NCBI GenBank assembly: GCA_965116805.1
Contig: OZ220713.1
Span: forward strand, 145,724-209,723
DNA from: Vicinamibacteria bacterium
GTDB taxonomy: Bacteria; Acidobacteriota; Vicinamibacteria; Marinacidobacterales; Marinacidobacteraceae
Direction of reading: 5' to 3'
DNA length: 64,000 bases
In this document: piece by piece, positions 9,782 through 18,692 of the stretch
How positions within the stretch are numbered: position 1 is the first letter of the stretch
Layout of the letters: each line of letters begins with the position of its first letter
The notes under the pieces: model-generated
The model's database searches: none
What the model saw: only the letters and a program-made list of their open reading frames with translations
What the model was told of the DNA's origin: nothing
Translations under genes and position numbers: made by a program

Positions 9782-10710
9782 CGATCTCCGTGACCTCAGA
9801 AGACACCCTGTACCGCATCGAACACGTGACCCGGTTCCGGTATTCGGAACCAATCCGGGAAGCTGTCGTCACGCTCTACCTCGAACCCCGGAGCGACGCT
9901 TCCCAGCATCTCAGATCCTTCCAGATCCTCACCGATCCCGGCGCGGAACTCGGCAGCTACGAGGACTGCTTCGGAAACGCGGTGCACTTCTTCGACGTGC
10001 CCGCCGAACACGAGCAACTCACGGTCACCTCCCGGTCCCTCGTGGCCCTGCACGCCAGCGATCCCGACGAGACCAGGAGAGCGGCTTGGGACGATCTGGA
10101 GGAGTTGCGGACGCCTTCGACGTGGCATCTGCTCCACCCCACCCCGCTGACCCGGCCGACCGCCGCGCTGGAAGCCTTTGTTTCCCGCCACCGGATCGAG
10201 CGTGGCGAAACGCCGCTGGCGTCCATTCGCGAGCTGACGTCCCGCATTCACGAAGCGCTGGACTTCGAGCGGGGACAGACGCGGGTCGACTCCCCGATCG
10301 ACGATGCCCTGGCGGCGGAAAGCGGCGTCTGCCAGGACTTCTCCCACATCATGCTCGCCATCGTGCGGGGCTGGGGGATTCCGGCTCAATACGTCTCGGG
10401 CTACCTCTTCCCGGTTCACAAGGGGAGGGAGCAGACCATGGCGCAGGCCAGCCACGCCTGGATCGAGTGCCTCCTCCCGGGTCTCGGCTGGGTGGGCGCC
10501 GACCCCACGAACAACACGGTTTCTCCGAGACATCACGTCCGGGTCGCGACCGGGCGGGACTATCGCGACGTACCTCCCACCCGCGGCACCTTTCGGGGAG
10601 CCGCGCATCAGGAGCTGGAGGTCGCCGTCAAGATCTCGATGCTGGATCCGGAACCCTCCGGCGGTCCCGCACGCCTCGAAGACGTGCGATCCCCGACCCG
10701 CAGGCAGTGA
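9778..10710 (+). CDS. Transglutaminase-like cysteine protease family protein (COG1305-like) with N-terminal Bact_transglu_N-type region
   Basis: Catalytic Cys context 'SGVCQDFSHIMLAIVRGWGIPAQYVSGYL'. Third member of the triad. Confidence 0.8.
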   Translation: MTISVTSEDTLYRIEHVTRFRYSEPIREAVVTLYLEPRSDASQHLRSFQILTDPGAELGSYEDCFGNAVHFFDVPAEHEQLTVTSRSLVALHASDPDETRRAAWDDLEELRTPSTWHLLHPTPLTRPTAALEAFVSRHRIERGETPLASIRELTSRIHEALDFERGQTRVDSPIDDALAAESGVCQDFSHIMLAIVRGWGIPAQYVSGYLFPVHKGREQTMAQASHAWIECLLPGLGWVGADPTNNTVSPRHHVRVATGRDYRDVPPTRGTFRGAAHQELEVAVKISMLDPEPSGGPARLEDVRSPTRRQ

Positions 10711-10857
10711 CGGACCGCGGCGGAACCCGCCTTTGCGTGTTGCGTTTCGCCCGGAAAACGCCGAGTATTCCTCCGTCGCGCGCCGCGTCCGCCGGGTTTC
10801 TGACCGGTTTCCCGGCGGACGTGGGTTCCCCCGGAGGCTGCTAAAGTTGGCGCCCCG

Positions 10858-11334
10858 ATGGCACCGAGGCGCGGCCCAGCCGGTAAGTCGAAGGCTCCCG
10901 CCTTCTCCTGCAAGCTGGACAAGGACCTGGGCGAACTCAGCGAGATGCTCGTGGCGCTCGAGGAGTTCGCGGAGAAACATGGCGTGTCGCCGCTGCAGAC
11001 GCAGCGCATCACGCTCTCGGTGGACGAACTGGTCACCAACATCATCAAGTATGGAACCCGCGAACTCGAACACACCCACATTCACATGTGGGCCACGATT
11101 GCGGACGGGACGTTCCACATCGAAATCGAGGATCACGGGATACCATTCGACCCGTTTCACGAGGCGCCGGTCCCCGACACGACCCTTCCCCTCGAGGACA
11201 GGCCGATCGGGGGACTCGGTGTTTTTCTCGTTCAGTCCCTCATGACCACGACCAATTACGAGCGAATCAAGGATCGAAACCGGATCACCCTGACCCGGTC
11301 GCTTACAGCCAGCGACCAGGAGGAAGCCCAATGA
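10858..11334 (+). CDS. Anti-sigma regulatory factor (RsbW/SpoIIAB-like Ser/Thr kinase, HATPase_c)
   Basis: About 150 aa. 'VDELVTNIIKYG..' and 'PIGGLGVFLVQSLM' resemble the GHKL N- and G-boxes. Stop overlaps the start of the STAS gene. The exact start is uncertain (alternative downstream starts). Confidence 0.6.
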   Translation: MAPRRGPAGKSKAPAFSCKLDKDLGELSEMLVALEEFAEKHGVSPLQTQRITLSVDELVTNIIKYGTRELEHTHIHMWATIADGTFHIEIEDHGIPFDPFHEAPVPDTTLPLEDRPIGGLGVFLVQSLMTTTNYERIKDRNRITLTRSLTASDQEEAQ

Positions 11335-11669
11335 ACCTGACGGATGAAACCAAGAACGGAGTTCTCGTGCTGTCGCCCCAGGGGCGCATCGACACCCGCA
11401 CGAGCAGCGAGTTCGAGCACGCCGTGATGGCGCACGCCATCGGGCCGGAGGGCGCCACCCAGGTGGTGATGAATTTCGGTGGGCTGGACTACATCAACTC
11501 GACGGGGATGCGCGTTCTGCTGATCCTCGCCAAGCGGCTGGCCGGGGTGAAGGGCAAGCTCGTGCTCTGCGAAATGAAGGAGCACATTCTCGAGGTCTTC
11601 AAGATCAGCGGCTTCAATCAGATCCTGACGATCACCGACACCGAAGCCGACGCTCTCCAGCGCTTCTAG
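11331..11669 (+). CDS. Anti-sigma factor antagonist (STAS domain, SpoIIAA/RsbV-like)
   Basis: 112 aa. 'VLVLSPQGRIDTRTSSEFEHAV' and 'LDYINSTGMRVLLIL' are typical STAS motifs with a phosphorylatable Ser/Thr. ATGA overlap with the upstream kinase. Confidence 0.7.
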   Translation: MNLTDETKNGVLVLSPQGRIDTRTSSEFEHAVMAHAIGPEGATQVVMNFGGLDYINSTGMRVLLILAKRLAGVKGKLVLCEMKEHILEVFKISGFNQILTITDTEADALQRF

Positions 11670-11785
11670 CGCGGCGGGTCAGTCCCGGGCGGGCTGACTG
11701 GCGGGGCGCCAAGACCACGCTTCGCCGGGTCCCGGGATCGAGATGACACCGTAACGTGACGCGGATCACACCGCGGCGAAAACAG

Positions 11786-11870
11786 TTCGGAGCGCCGGCC
11801 TCCGGCCGGCATCGCGGCCCGCAAGGGCCACGAAACCGCGTACGGCCTGGAACGCTGGCCGCCTCTCGCC
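11786..11870. repeat. GC-rich palindromic intergenic repeat (REP-like), copy 2
   Basis: CGGAGCGCCGGCCTCCGGCCGGCATCGCGGCCCGCAAGGGCCACGAAACCGCGTACGGCCTGGAACGC. Confidence 0.6.
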
Positions 11871-11916
11871 GCCTCCCGGCAGACGCGATGCTCCGGCGGC
11901 GGCAAACAGCCCTGCC

Positions 11917-12159
11917 TCAGCGAATTCCCTTCGCGCCGGGACCGGCCGCCGTGCGGGGATCCACCACCCGCACTCCCCGCGCCCGGAAGCCGCCGGGGAT
12001 CTTCAGCAGTTCGAACTCCACGGCCTGACCCTCGATCAGGAATCCCGGCTCCCGGTCGGCAAGCGCGCTGCTCGGAACGTGGACATCCGGTCCCTCGAAG
12101 CGCTGGATGAACCCCTCGCCGCGCTGGCGGTCGTACCACTTGACGGTTCCCTTGGCCAT
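11917..12159 (-). CDS. Cold-shock protein (CspA family, S1-like OB fold)
   Basis: 'MAKGTVKWYDRQRGEGFIQ..' with RNP1/RNP2-like motifs. 80 aa. ATG at 12159 on the minus strand. Confidence 0.8.
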   Translation of the reverse strand: MAKGTVKWYDRQRGEGFIQRFEGPDVHVPSSALADREPGFLIEGQAVEFELLKIPGGFRARGVRVVDPRTAAGPGAKGIR

Positions 12160-12190
12160 GATCCCGGATTCTGGCACGACCGGCGAGCTC

Positions 12191-13180
12191 CTAGACCGCC
12201 GATTCGGCCGGCTTCCGCCAATCGGTGTGGGGCGCGCGGTTGTGGACGAACCACTGCCAGAGCAGCCGCCCGTAGCTCGTTGGCTGCGCCCCGATCTCGT
12301 CGAAGAAGGGCCGGAGCAGGAAATGGAGCGCCCGCAGGTTGTAGAACGGCACCCGCGGGAAGTAGTGGTGCTCAAGGTGATACGCCGACCAGAGGAACGC
12401 GACGTCCCAGAACCGTGAGGGCCGCAGCACGCTGCCCCAGAGCGCCGGGTTCTCCGGGGCGATGTCGTAGTGCTGGCCCAGGCGGTTCACGGTGAAGGCG
12501 ACCGGGAAGACCAGGAACACGGGGACCAGGTAGGCCTTGAACGCCGGGAAGAATCCGCCGGCAGCGATGAGGGCGGCGAGGATGGCCAGGTGGCCGGCCA
12601 CGGTCAGCCTCCGCTCCCGGGCAATCGCACGCCGTACTTCGTCCGGATAACTCGCCGTCTCGTTCCGTGCCGCCCGGAAGTAGATCGGGATGAGCGCCGG
12701 GGTGAGATAGAGCGCCTTGAACCAGCGCGCGTTGCGCTTCGGCGACAGCCAGTGCCGCTTCGGGTCCGCCTCGGCGTCGCCGAGCTGGGCGTGGTGGTCG
12801 AGATGCCAGCGGGTGAACTGGGTCGCCGAGATCCCGCTCGGGAACGCGTACAGATGGCGGAGCACCCGGTAGCCGGGATGTCCGCCGGCTCCGAAGACCA
12901 GTTCGTGCACCACCTCGTGCAGCATCACGGTGAAGTTGAAGATCGTGAACCCGACGACCAGGGAGGCCGGCAGCCAGATCCACCACTCGGAAGCCCTCCA
13001 GGCGATGGCCCCGCCACCGAAGAGCAGGAGGAACTGCCAGCCCAGGACCAGGAAATGCAGCAGGGGGCGCCGCCGATGGAGCCGCTTCAACTCCTCCGCC
13101 GGCACCGCGGCGGCGAGCCGGGCCCGCAGGTCACCGGTCTGGTCCGCCCAGTAGGAGCGCCGCTTGGACTCGGATGACAC
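12191..13180 (-). CDS. Membrane fatty-acid desaturase family protein (di-iron, His-box)
   Basis: Histidine boxes 'HEVVHE', 'HLDHH' and 'HLEHHYFP'. Hydrophobic TM segments. Confidence 0.75.
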   Translation of the reverse strand: MSSESKRRSYWADQTGDLRARLAAAVPAEELKRLHRRRPLLHFLVLGWQFLLLFGGGAIAWRASEWWIWLPASLVVGFTIFNFTVMLHEVVHELVFGAGGHPGYRVLRHLYAFPSGISATQFTRWHLDHHAQLGDAEADPKRHWLSPKRNARWFKALYLTPALIPIYFRAARNETASYPDEVRRAIARERRLTVAGHLAILAALIAAGGFFPAFKAYLVPVFLVFPVAFTVNRLGQHYDIAPENPALWGSVLRPSRFWDVAFLWSAYHLEHHYFPRVPFYNLRALHFLLRPFFDEIGAQPTSYGRLLWQWFVHNRAPHTDWRKPAESAV

Positions 13181-13444
13181 GGTTTGCCTTGATGGTACTT
13201 CTGTGGCGCGGTCACGGGTGCTCGCCCCCCCTCACACTATGATCGGTTTCCGCCACCGGCAGCCTGGAGGAACCCAATCACCCCCTACCGCGCCCGCTCC
13301 TTCTCGCGTAGCGGCGAGCGCCGGAAGGCCCCGCGAGGAAGCTCCGGCCTGGCCGCCGCCTGCCGCGGTCTGGACGGACGCGGCTACCCCGCCTACCGCG
13401 ATCTCGAGGGGGAGTGGTCCCTCGGGACCGGGGTCACCGTTTTC

Positions 13445-15115
13445 GTGGACCGCGTGGCCCGCGATCCCTTCGCCCCTCCCTCCCGCGTCCGGGTCCGGAT
13501 GGACGGGGAGACGGCCGGCTTTCCCGCTGCGCTCGCTTCCCATCGGGCTCGCCGGACCGCCCTCGCCGACTTCCTGGCCCGGGGATTCCGCCGGGCGATT
13601 CCCCGTTCGGGAAGCTCGGCGGGCTCGGGGCACAGCGGCCAGATCCGGATCGACGCGGGCGGCCAGGAGGTCCTCGAACGCGCGGCGATCCGCATCTCCG
13701 GCGATCCCTCCGGCGCAGGCTTCGTCGAAGCCCGCGTGGAGGTGGGTTTGCCGGCCGCGGGGCGCCGCATCCTGGGCCACCGGGCCGCCGACCTGCTGGC
13801 CCGTGACCTTCCCGAAATCGCGGGGCGGACGCTCGTGTTCGGGAGCCTTCCCGCGGGGGCGGCAGAGTCCTTCGTGAACGCGATCGAGAATCAGCACGAC
13901 CTCCGCTCCCAGCTCGAGGACCGCAATCTCGCCGCGTTCGTGCCCGACGGGGCGATCCTGCCGCGCGCGCACGGCGCGAGCGAGCGCCCCCTCACGGACG
14001 GGGTCGTTCCCTTCGAGAGCCCGGCATCGCTGCGGGTGAGTCTGTCCCTGCTCCACCCGGGAGACGGCCCCCGGGAGATCCACGGAATGGGCATCCCGGA
14101 AGGGGTGACGCTCATCGTGGGCGGCGGCTTTCACGGAAAGTCCACGCTGCTCCAGGCGCTCGCCCGCTCAGTGGTGCCCCACGTCCCCGGAGACGGGCGG
14201 GAGCTGATGGTCACCCGGGCGGACGCCGTCACCATCCGCGCCGAGGAAGGACGCGCGGTGTCCTCGGTGGACGTCAGCCCCTTCATCCGCGAGCTTCCCG
14301 GCGGGCGGGCCACCACCGCGTTCACCACCGACAACTCGAGCGGCAGCACCAGCCAGGCGGCCTCCATCGTCGAGGCGCTGGAAGCGGGGTCCCGGCTCCT
14401 GCTGATGGACGAGGACACCTCGGCCACCAACCTGATGATCCGGGACGCCCGGATGCAGGCCCTGGTGGCGCGGGAGGCGGAACCGATCGTCGCGCTGGTG
14501 GACCGGGTGCGGGAACTCTTCGAGCGCCACCGGGTCTCCACCATCCTGGTCATGGGAGGTTCCGGGGACTATCTGGACGCCGCGGACACCGTGATCCAGT
14601 TCGCGGACTACCGGCCGCGGGAGGTGACCGCCCAGGCTCGCGAGGTGGCCGCGCGCTATCCCACGCGAAGGTCCCCCGATGCCGGGGCCGCCGGTTTCCG
14701 CGGGCGGGAGCGCTGTCCCGAACCCGGGAGTTTCGACCCGGCCGGCCGCAAGGGGACTCCGCGGATCCGGGCCACCCGCCGCGACCTCCTCCTCTACGGA
14801 GAGGAAGAGGTGGACCTCAGGGCGGTGGAACAGCTCTTCGACGAGAGCCAGGCCCGGGCCGCGGGGTACGCGATGGCCGCCGCTGCCCGGGACTTTCCCG
14901 GGCTCCCGGTCCGGGAGCTCCTCGATTCCCTCGACGCCCGGCTCGACGAGGCGGGACTCGAATCGCTCACTTCCGACGGCCGCGCCGGCCGGCATCCCGG
15001 CCGCCTGGCCCGCCCCCGCCGTTACGAGATCGCTTCCGCACTGAACCGGCTGCGCCGCGGCCGCTTCGAAAGCCGGTCCTCAAGAACCTCAGACCAGTCC
15101 CAAGGGAGTCACTGA
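13445..15115 (+). CDS. Predicted ABC-class ATPase (ABC_ATPase / PF09818-like)
   Basis: Walker A 'GGGFHGKSTLLQAL', 'LLLMDEDTSATNL', D-loop region. GTG start. The N-terminal extent is uncertain. Confidence 0.6.
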   Translation: MDRVARDPFAPPSRVRVRMDGETAGFPAALASHRARRTALADFLARGFRRAIPRSGSSAGSGHSGQIRIDAGGQEVLERAAIRISGDPSGAGFVEARVEVGLPAAGRRILGHRAADLLARDLPEIAGRTLVFGSLPAGAAESFVNAIENQHDLRSQLEDRNLAAFVPDGAILPRAHGASERPLTDGVVPFESPASLRVSLSLLHPGDGPREIHGMGIPEGVTLIVGGGFHGKSTLLQALARSVVPHVPGDGRELMVTRADAVTIRAEEGRAVSSVDVSPFIRELPGGRATTAFTTDNSSGSTSQAASIVEALEAGSRLLLMDEDTSATNLMIRDARMQALVAREAEPIVALVDRVRELFERHRVSTILVMGGSGDYLDAADTVIQFADYRPREVTAQAREVAARYPTRRSPDAGAAGFRGRERCPEPGSFDPAGRKGTPRIRATRRDLLLYGEEEVDLRAVEQLFDESQARAAGYAMAAAARDFPGLPVRELLDSLDARLDEAGLESLTSDGRAGRHPGRLARPRRYEIASALNRLRRGRFESRSSRTSDQSQGSH

Positions 15116-15116
15116 C

Positions 15117-16040
15117 ATGCCGAAGAACCCGTTCCGCCTTGCCATCCTCGGGGCGCTCCTGGCTGCGAGCGCCGCCGGCGCCCAGACGAATCCGCTCTGG
15201 GGAGAAACGAAGGTCAAGAACTATCTGCCGCACATGAGCTGGACGGAAGTCGAGGACCTTCTCACCCGCACCGACATGGTGATCATGCCGGTCGGCTCGC
15301 TGGAACAGCATGGGCCGCACCTGCCCATCGGCACCGACTTCCTGAACGGGATGGAGCGCGCCAAGCTCGTCGCCCAGCGAACCGACGTGCTGGTGGCGCC
15401 GATCCTCTTCGTCGGCAACGCCCCTTACCACTTGGGCTTCCCGGGAACGGTGAGCCTGCCGGCGGAAACGATCCAGCAGGTCTATTTCGAGGCCGCCCGG
15501 AGCCTGATGCGGCAGGGCTTCAAGCGATTCCTGATCCTGAACTCGCACGGGGGCAACCGCGTCATCTCCCAGTACATCGCCGACCGCATCAACCACGAGA
15601 CGGAGGGGATCGCCGTCGAGCTGGGCGCGGCGGCGGCGCCGTTCCGCCAGGAGTCGGCGGAGCCCTCCTCCGAAGAACCCGTCTTCGACCGGCACGGGGG
15701 CGTGGGCGAGACGTCGAGTTCGCTGTATCTCATCCCCGATCTGGTGGATCTTTCGAGGGCGCGGGCGGCCACCCTCACGATGCCGGAACACCTGGAGCGC
15801 CTGGTCCCCGAGGTGGTCGCCGGCGACCCCACCGCGCTGAGGGTGTTTCTCGCCGAGAACCTGAAGGCCGAGGAGACGGGCAAGGGCACCTCCACCCGGG
15901 AGATCACCGACACCGGCGTCTGGAGCGTCCGCGACCTTGAGGAATCGAGCGTCGAGCGCGGCCGCCGGGGAGCCGAAGCCTTCGTTGACGCCGCCGTCGC
16001 GTTCATCGAGCGCTGGAAAGAGCTGAGACCGATGGAATAG
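15117..16040 (+). CDS. Creatininase (creatinine amidohydrolase) family protein, secreted
   Basis: Signal peptide. 'MPVGSLEQHGPHLPIGTD' and 'LNSHGGN' are creatininase-family metal-binding motifs. ATG two bases after the upstream stop. Confidence 0.7.
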   Translation: MPKNPFRLAILGALLAASAAGAQTNPLWGETKVKNYLPHMSWTEVEDLLTRTDMVIMPVGSLEQHGPHLPIGTDFLNGMERAKLVAQRTDVLVAPILFVGNAPYHLGFPGTVSLPAETIQQVYFEAARSLMRQGFKRFLILNSHGGNRVISQYIADRINHETEGIAVELGAAAAPFRQESAEPSSEEPVFDRHGGVGETSSSLYLIPDLVDLSRARAATLTMPEHLERLVPEVVAGDPTALRVFLAENLKAEETGKGTSTREITDTGVWSVRDLEESSVERGRRGAEAFVDAAVAFIERWKELRPME

Positions 16041-16053
16041 GGAGCGCCCGCTC

Positions 16054-16112
16054 GGAGCGCCGGCCTCCGGCCGGCATCGCGGCCCGAGAGGGCCGCGAAA
16101 CCGCACCGCGGT
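16054..16112. repeat. GC-rich palindromic intergenic repeat (REP-like), copy 3
   Basis: GGAGCGCCGGCCTCCGGCCGGCATCGCGGCCCGAGAGGGCCGCGAAACCGCACCGCGG. Confidence 0.6.
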
Positions 16113-16192
16113 ATCAGGAATGATCGCCCGACCTGGAGATCCTGGTCTCCCTGGTTTCCGCTAGGGTTTCCTGGCGCCCACCGGACCACCCC

Positions 16193-17614
16193 ATGACCCC
16201 CATCCCTACCCACAGTCTTCTGCTCGCCGTGCCGCTCGCGGGAGCCGCGTGTTCCGGTTCCGGGGCGCCCGCCGCCCAACCCGCCGAGCGCCTCCTGATC
16301 GACGGCGGCACCGTGGTGGTCATGGACGACGCCGGGACCATCCTCGAAGGCGGCGCGGTACTCGTCGAGGGCGACCGGATCGCGGGGCTCTTCGACCGGG
16401 CGGCGCCCCGGCCGCCCGGGATCCCCACCCTCGACGCGACCGGGCAACTGGTCATCCCCGGACTCATCAACACCCACGGGCACGCCGCGATGTCCCTGCT
16501 GCGCGGGCTCGCGGACGACCTGCCGCTGATGGACTGGCTGGAGCAGAACATCTTCCCGGCCGAAGCCGAACTCGTGGCGCCCGATTTCGTCTACTGGGGA
16601 ACGCTCCTGTCATCCATCGAGATGCTGAAGAGCGGGACGACCACCTTCACGGACATGTACTACTTCCGGGACGACGTGGCCCGGGCGACGATCGAGGCCG
16701 GAATCCGCGCCGTGGTCGGGCCGCACGTGATCGGCTTCCCGACCCCCGATTTCGCGACCCCGGAGGAATCGCTGGCCGAGGCGGACGCCTTCATGGAGCG
16801 CTACCGGGACCACCCGCTCGTGATCCCCGGCACCGCCGCCCACGCGCTCTATACGACTCCGCTGGAACCCACCCGGGCCGCCTTCGAGGTCGCGGAGCGC
16901 CACGACGCCCCCTTCCAGATCCACGTGGTGGAAGCTCGCGACGAGGACGAGCGGATCGAGGCGGCGATCGGCATGCGCACGATCGACGCGCTGGACTCCA
17001 TCGGGGCCCTGCGGCCGGGAACCGTGCTCGCGCACGGCACCTACATGTCGGATGAGGACATCCGGAAGGTCGCGGCGGGAGGCGCCGGGGTGGCCCACAA
17101 CCCGGAGAGCAACATGAAACTCGGAGCCGACCGGGCGGCCCCGGTCGAGGCGCTGCTCGCCGCCGGGGTGCCGGTGGGCCTCGGCACCGACGGCCCGGCG
17201 AGCAACAACGACCTCGACATGTTCGGCGAGATGGACACGGCCGCGAAGCTGCACAAATTCGCGACCGGCGATCCGACCTCGCTGCCGGCGGAGACGGTTT
17301 TCCGGATGGCCACCACCTACGGCGCGCGCGTGCTGAACCAGCAGGACCACATCGGCTCCCTCGAGGTCGGCAAGCGCGCCGACATCGTGCTCGTCGAGAC
17401 CCGCCGCGCCGGCATGACCCCGCTCTACCGTCCGTATTCCCACCTTGTGTACATCACGCGCGGCAGCGACGTCCGCACCGTGCTCGTGAACGGGCGGATC
17501 GTGGTCCGCGACGGCGAGATCACCACCGTGGACGAGGCCGAGGTGATGGAGAAGGCGCGGGAATTCGCGGATCAGGTCCGTGAGGTCGTGGCGCCGGTGA
17601 AGGCCGGGCAATAG
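16193..17614 (+). CDS. Amidohydrolase, TRZ/ATZ (MTA/SAH-deaminase / chlorohydrolase-like) family, lipoprotein signal
   Basis: 'GLINTHGHAAMSLLRG' (HxH metal site). 'HVVE' and 'LGTDGPASNND' C-terminal metal ligands. Signal with Cys (AGAACSGS). Confidence 0.7.
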   Translation: MTPIPTHSLLLAVPLAGAACSGSGAPAAQPAERLLIDGGTVVVMDDAGTILEGGAVLVEGDRIAGLFDRAAPRPPGIPTLDATGQLVIPGLINTHGHAAMSLLRGLADDLPLMDWLEQNIFPAEAELVAPDFVYWGTLLSSIEMLKSGTTTFTDMYYFRDDVARATIEAGIRAVVGPHVIGFPTPDFATPEESLAEADAFMERYRDHPLVIPGTAAHALYTTPLEPTRAAFEVAERHDAPFQIHVVEARDEDERIEAAIGMRTIDALDSIGALRPGTVLAHGTYMSDEDIRKVAAGGAGVAHNPESNMKLGADRAAPVEALLAAGVPVGLGTDGPASNNDLDMFGEMDTAAKLHKFATGDPTSLPAETVFRMATTYGARVLNQQDHIGSLEVGKRADIVLVETRRAGMTPLYRPYSHLVYITRGSDVRTVLVNGRIVVRDGEITTVDEAEVMEKAREFADQVREVVAPVKAGQ

Positions 17615-17696
17615 AGGCGGAGCGATCCCGGTCGTCCGCTGCGGCGGGCGGCGCCGGCCCGACGGCTCCCACCGGGAGGGCTGGCCGGCGCTCCCT

Positions 17697-18476
17697 CTAC
17701 GTCCCGCGGACTTCCGCGAGCAGCTCCAGCACCTCGTCGTGGAGGGCGCCGTTCGTGCTGAGCGCGTTCGGCCCGTGGATGGTGCGGTTCCCGTCCCAGT
17801 CGGTGAAGCGGCCGCCCGCCTCTTCGAGGATGGGCAGAAACGGGCTCGAGTCCCACGCCTTCATCTCGGGGTCGAGGCCGATTTCGGAGCGTCCCGTGCA
17901 GACCAGCGCGTGGCCGAAGGCGTCGCCCCAGGTGCGGCGGACCGCGCCCTTCGCGCCGACCGCATCCCAGATGGGGCCGATGGTCGCCGGGTCGGTGGTG
18001 GTGGCGAGCGCGTTCCCGATCTCGGTCACGTTGGAGACGTGCGCCGGGCGGCCGTTCCAGAAGGCCCCCTCGCCGCGGGCGCCGGTGACCATCTCGCCGA
18101 GTCCGGCGATGTTGCAGACGCCGACCACGGCCTCGCCGTTGATCTCGAGGCCGATGAGCATCCCGAACAGCGGCACGCCGTGGATGAACGAAGTGGTGCC
18201 GTCGATGGGGTCGAGGATCCAGCGGTGCGCCGGGTCGGACCCCGATTCGCCGTCCTCCTCCCCGAGGATCCGGTGGCGGGGGAACTTCGCCTCGATGCGC
18301 TTCCTGAGCAGGCGCTCGCCGGCGATGTCCGCCTCGGTGACCGGCGTGCGGTCCGGCTTGGTGGAGACGCCCACCCCCACCTGGAAGTGGCTCATGATGA
18401 GACGGCCGGCCTCCCAGCCGATCTCGGTGGCGAATTCCAGCAGTTCGCGGGTGCTGGCCGGGGCCCTGTCGTTCAT
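17697..18476 (-). CDS. Inositol monophosphatase family protein (SuhB/HisN-like)
   Basis: 'EEDGE', 'WILDPIDGTTSFIHG' and 'WDSSPF' are IMPase metal-binding motifs. Confidence 0.75.
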   Translation of the reverse strand: MNDRAPASTRELLEFATEIGWEAGRLIMSHFQVGVGVSTKPDRTPVTEADIAGERLLRKRIEAKFPRHRILGEEDGESGSDPAHRWILDPIDGTTSFIHGVPLFGMLIGLEINGEAVVGVCNIAGLGEMVTGARGEGAFWNGRPAHVSNVTEIGNALATTTDPATIGPIWDAVGAKGAVRRTWGDAFGHALVCTGRSEIGLDPEMKAWDSSPFLPILEEAGGRFTDWDGNRTIHGPNALSTNGALHDEVLELLAEVRGT

Positions 18477-18692
18477 GTCCTGCGTGTCTCCTCTCCCGCC
18501 GGGCTGGCCGGGCGGCGCGAACTATGTCATGCGGCCGGGGCCGGTACGGCCCGGAAACGGTCTCTCCCGACGGTCTTCACGGTCTTTTCACGGCTGCGTT
18601 CCGTGGCTCTCACGCGCCTTGGAACACCGGTCTCGGCGCCGCCGTTTCCCGGAAGTGCGCGACGGCTCGCGGCGCGGTAAATTTGACCGGTT

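Noticed and set aside
13164-13877. 237-aa plus-strand ORF starting in the desaturase/ABC-ATPase divergent intergenic region
   Set aside because: Out of frame with, and overlapping, the ABC_ATPase gene, which has a clear Walker A. P/A/R/S low-complexity composition.
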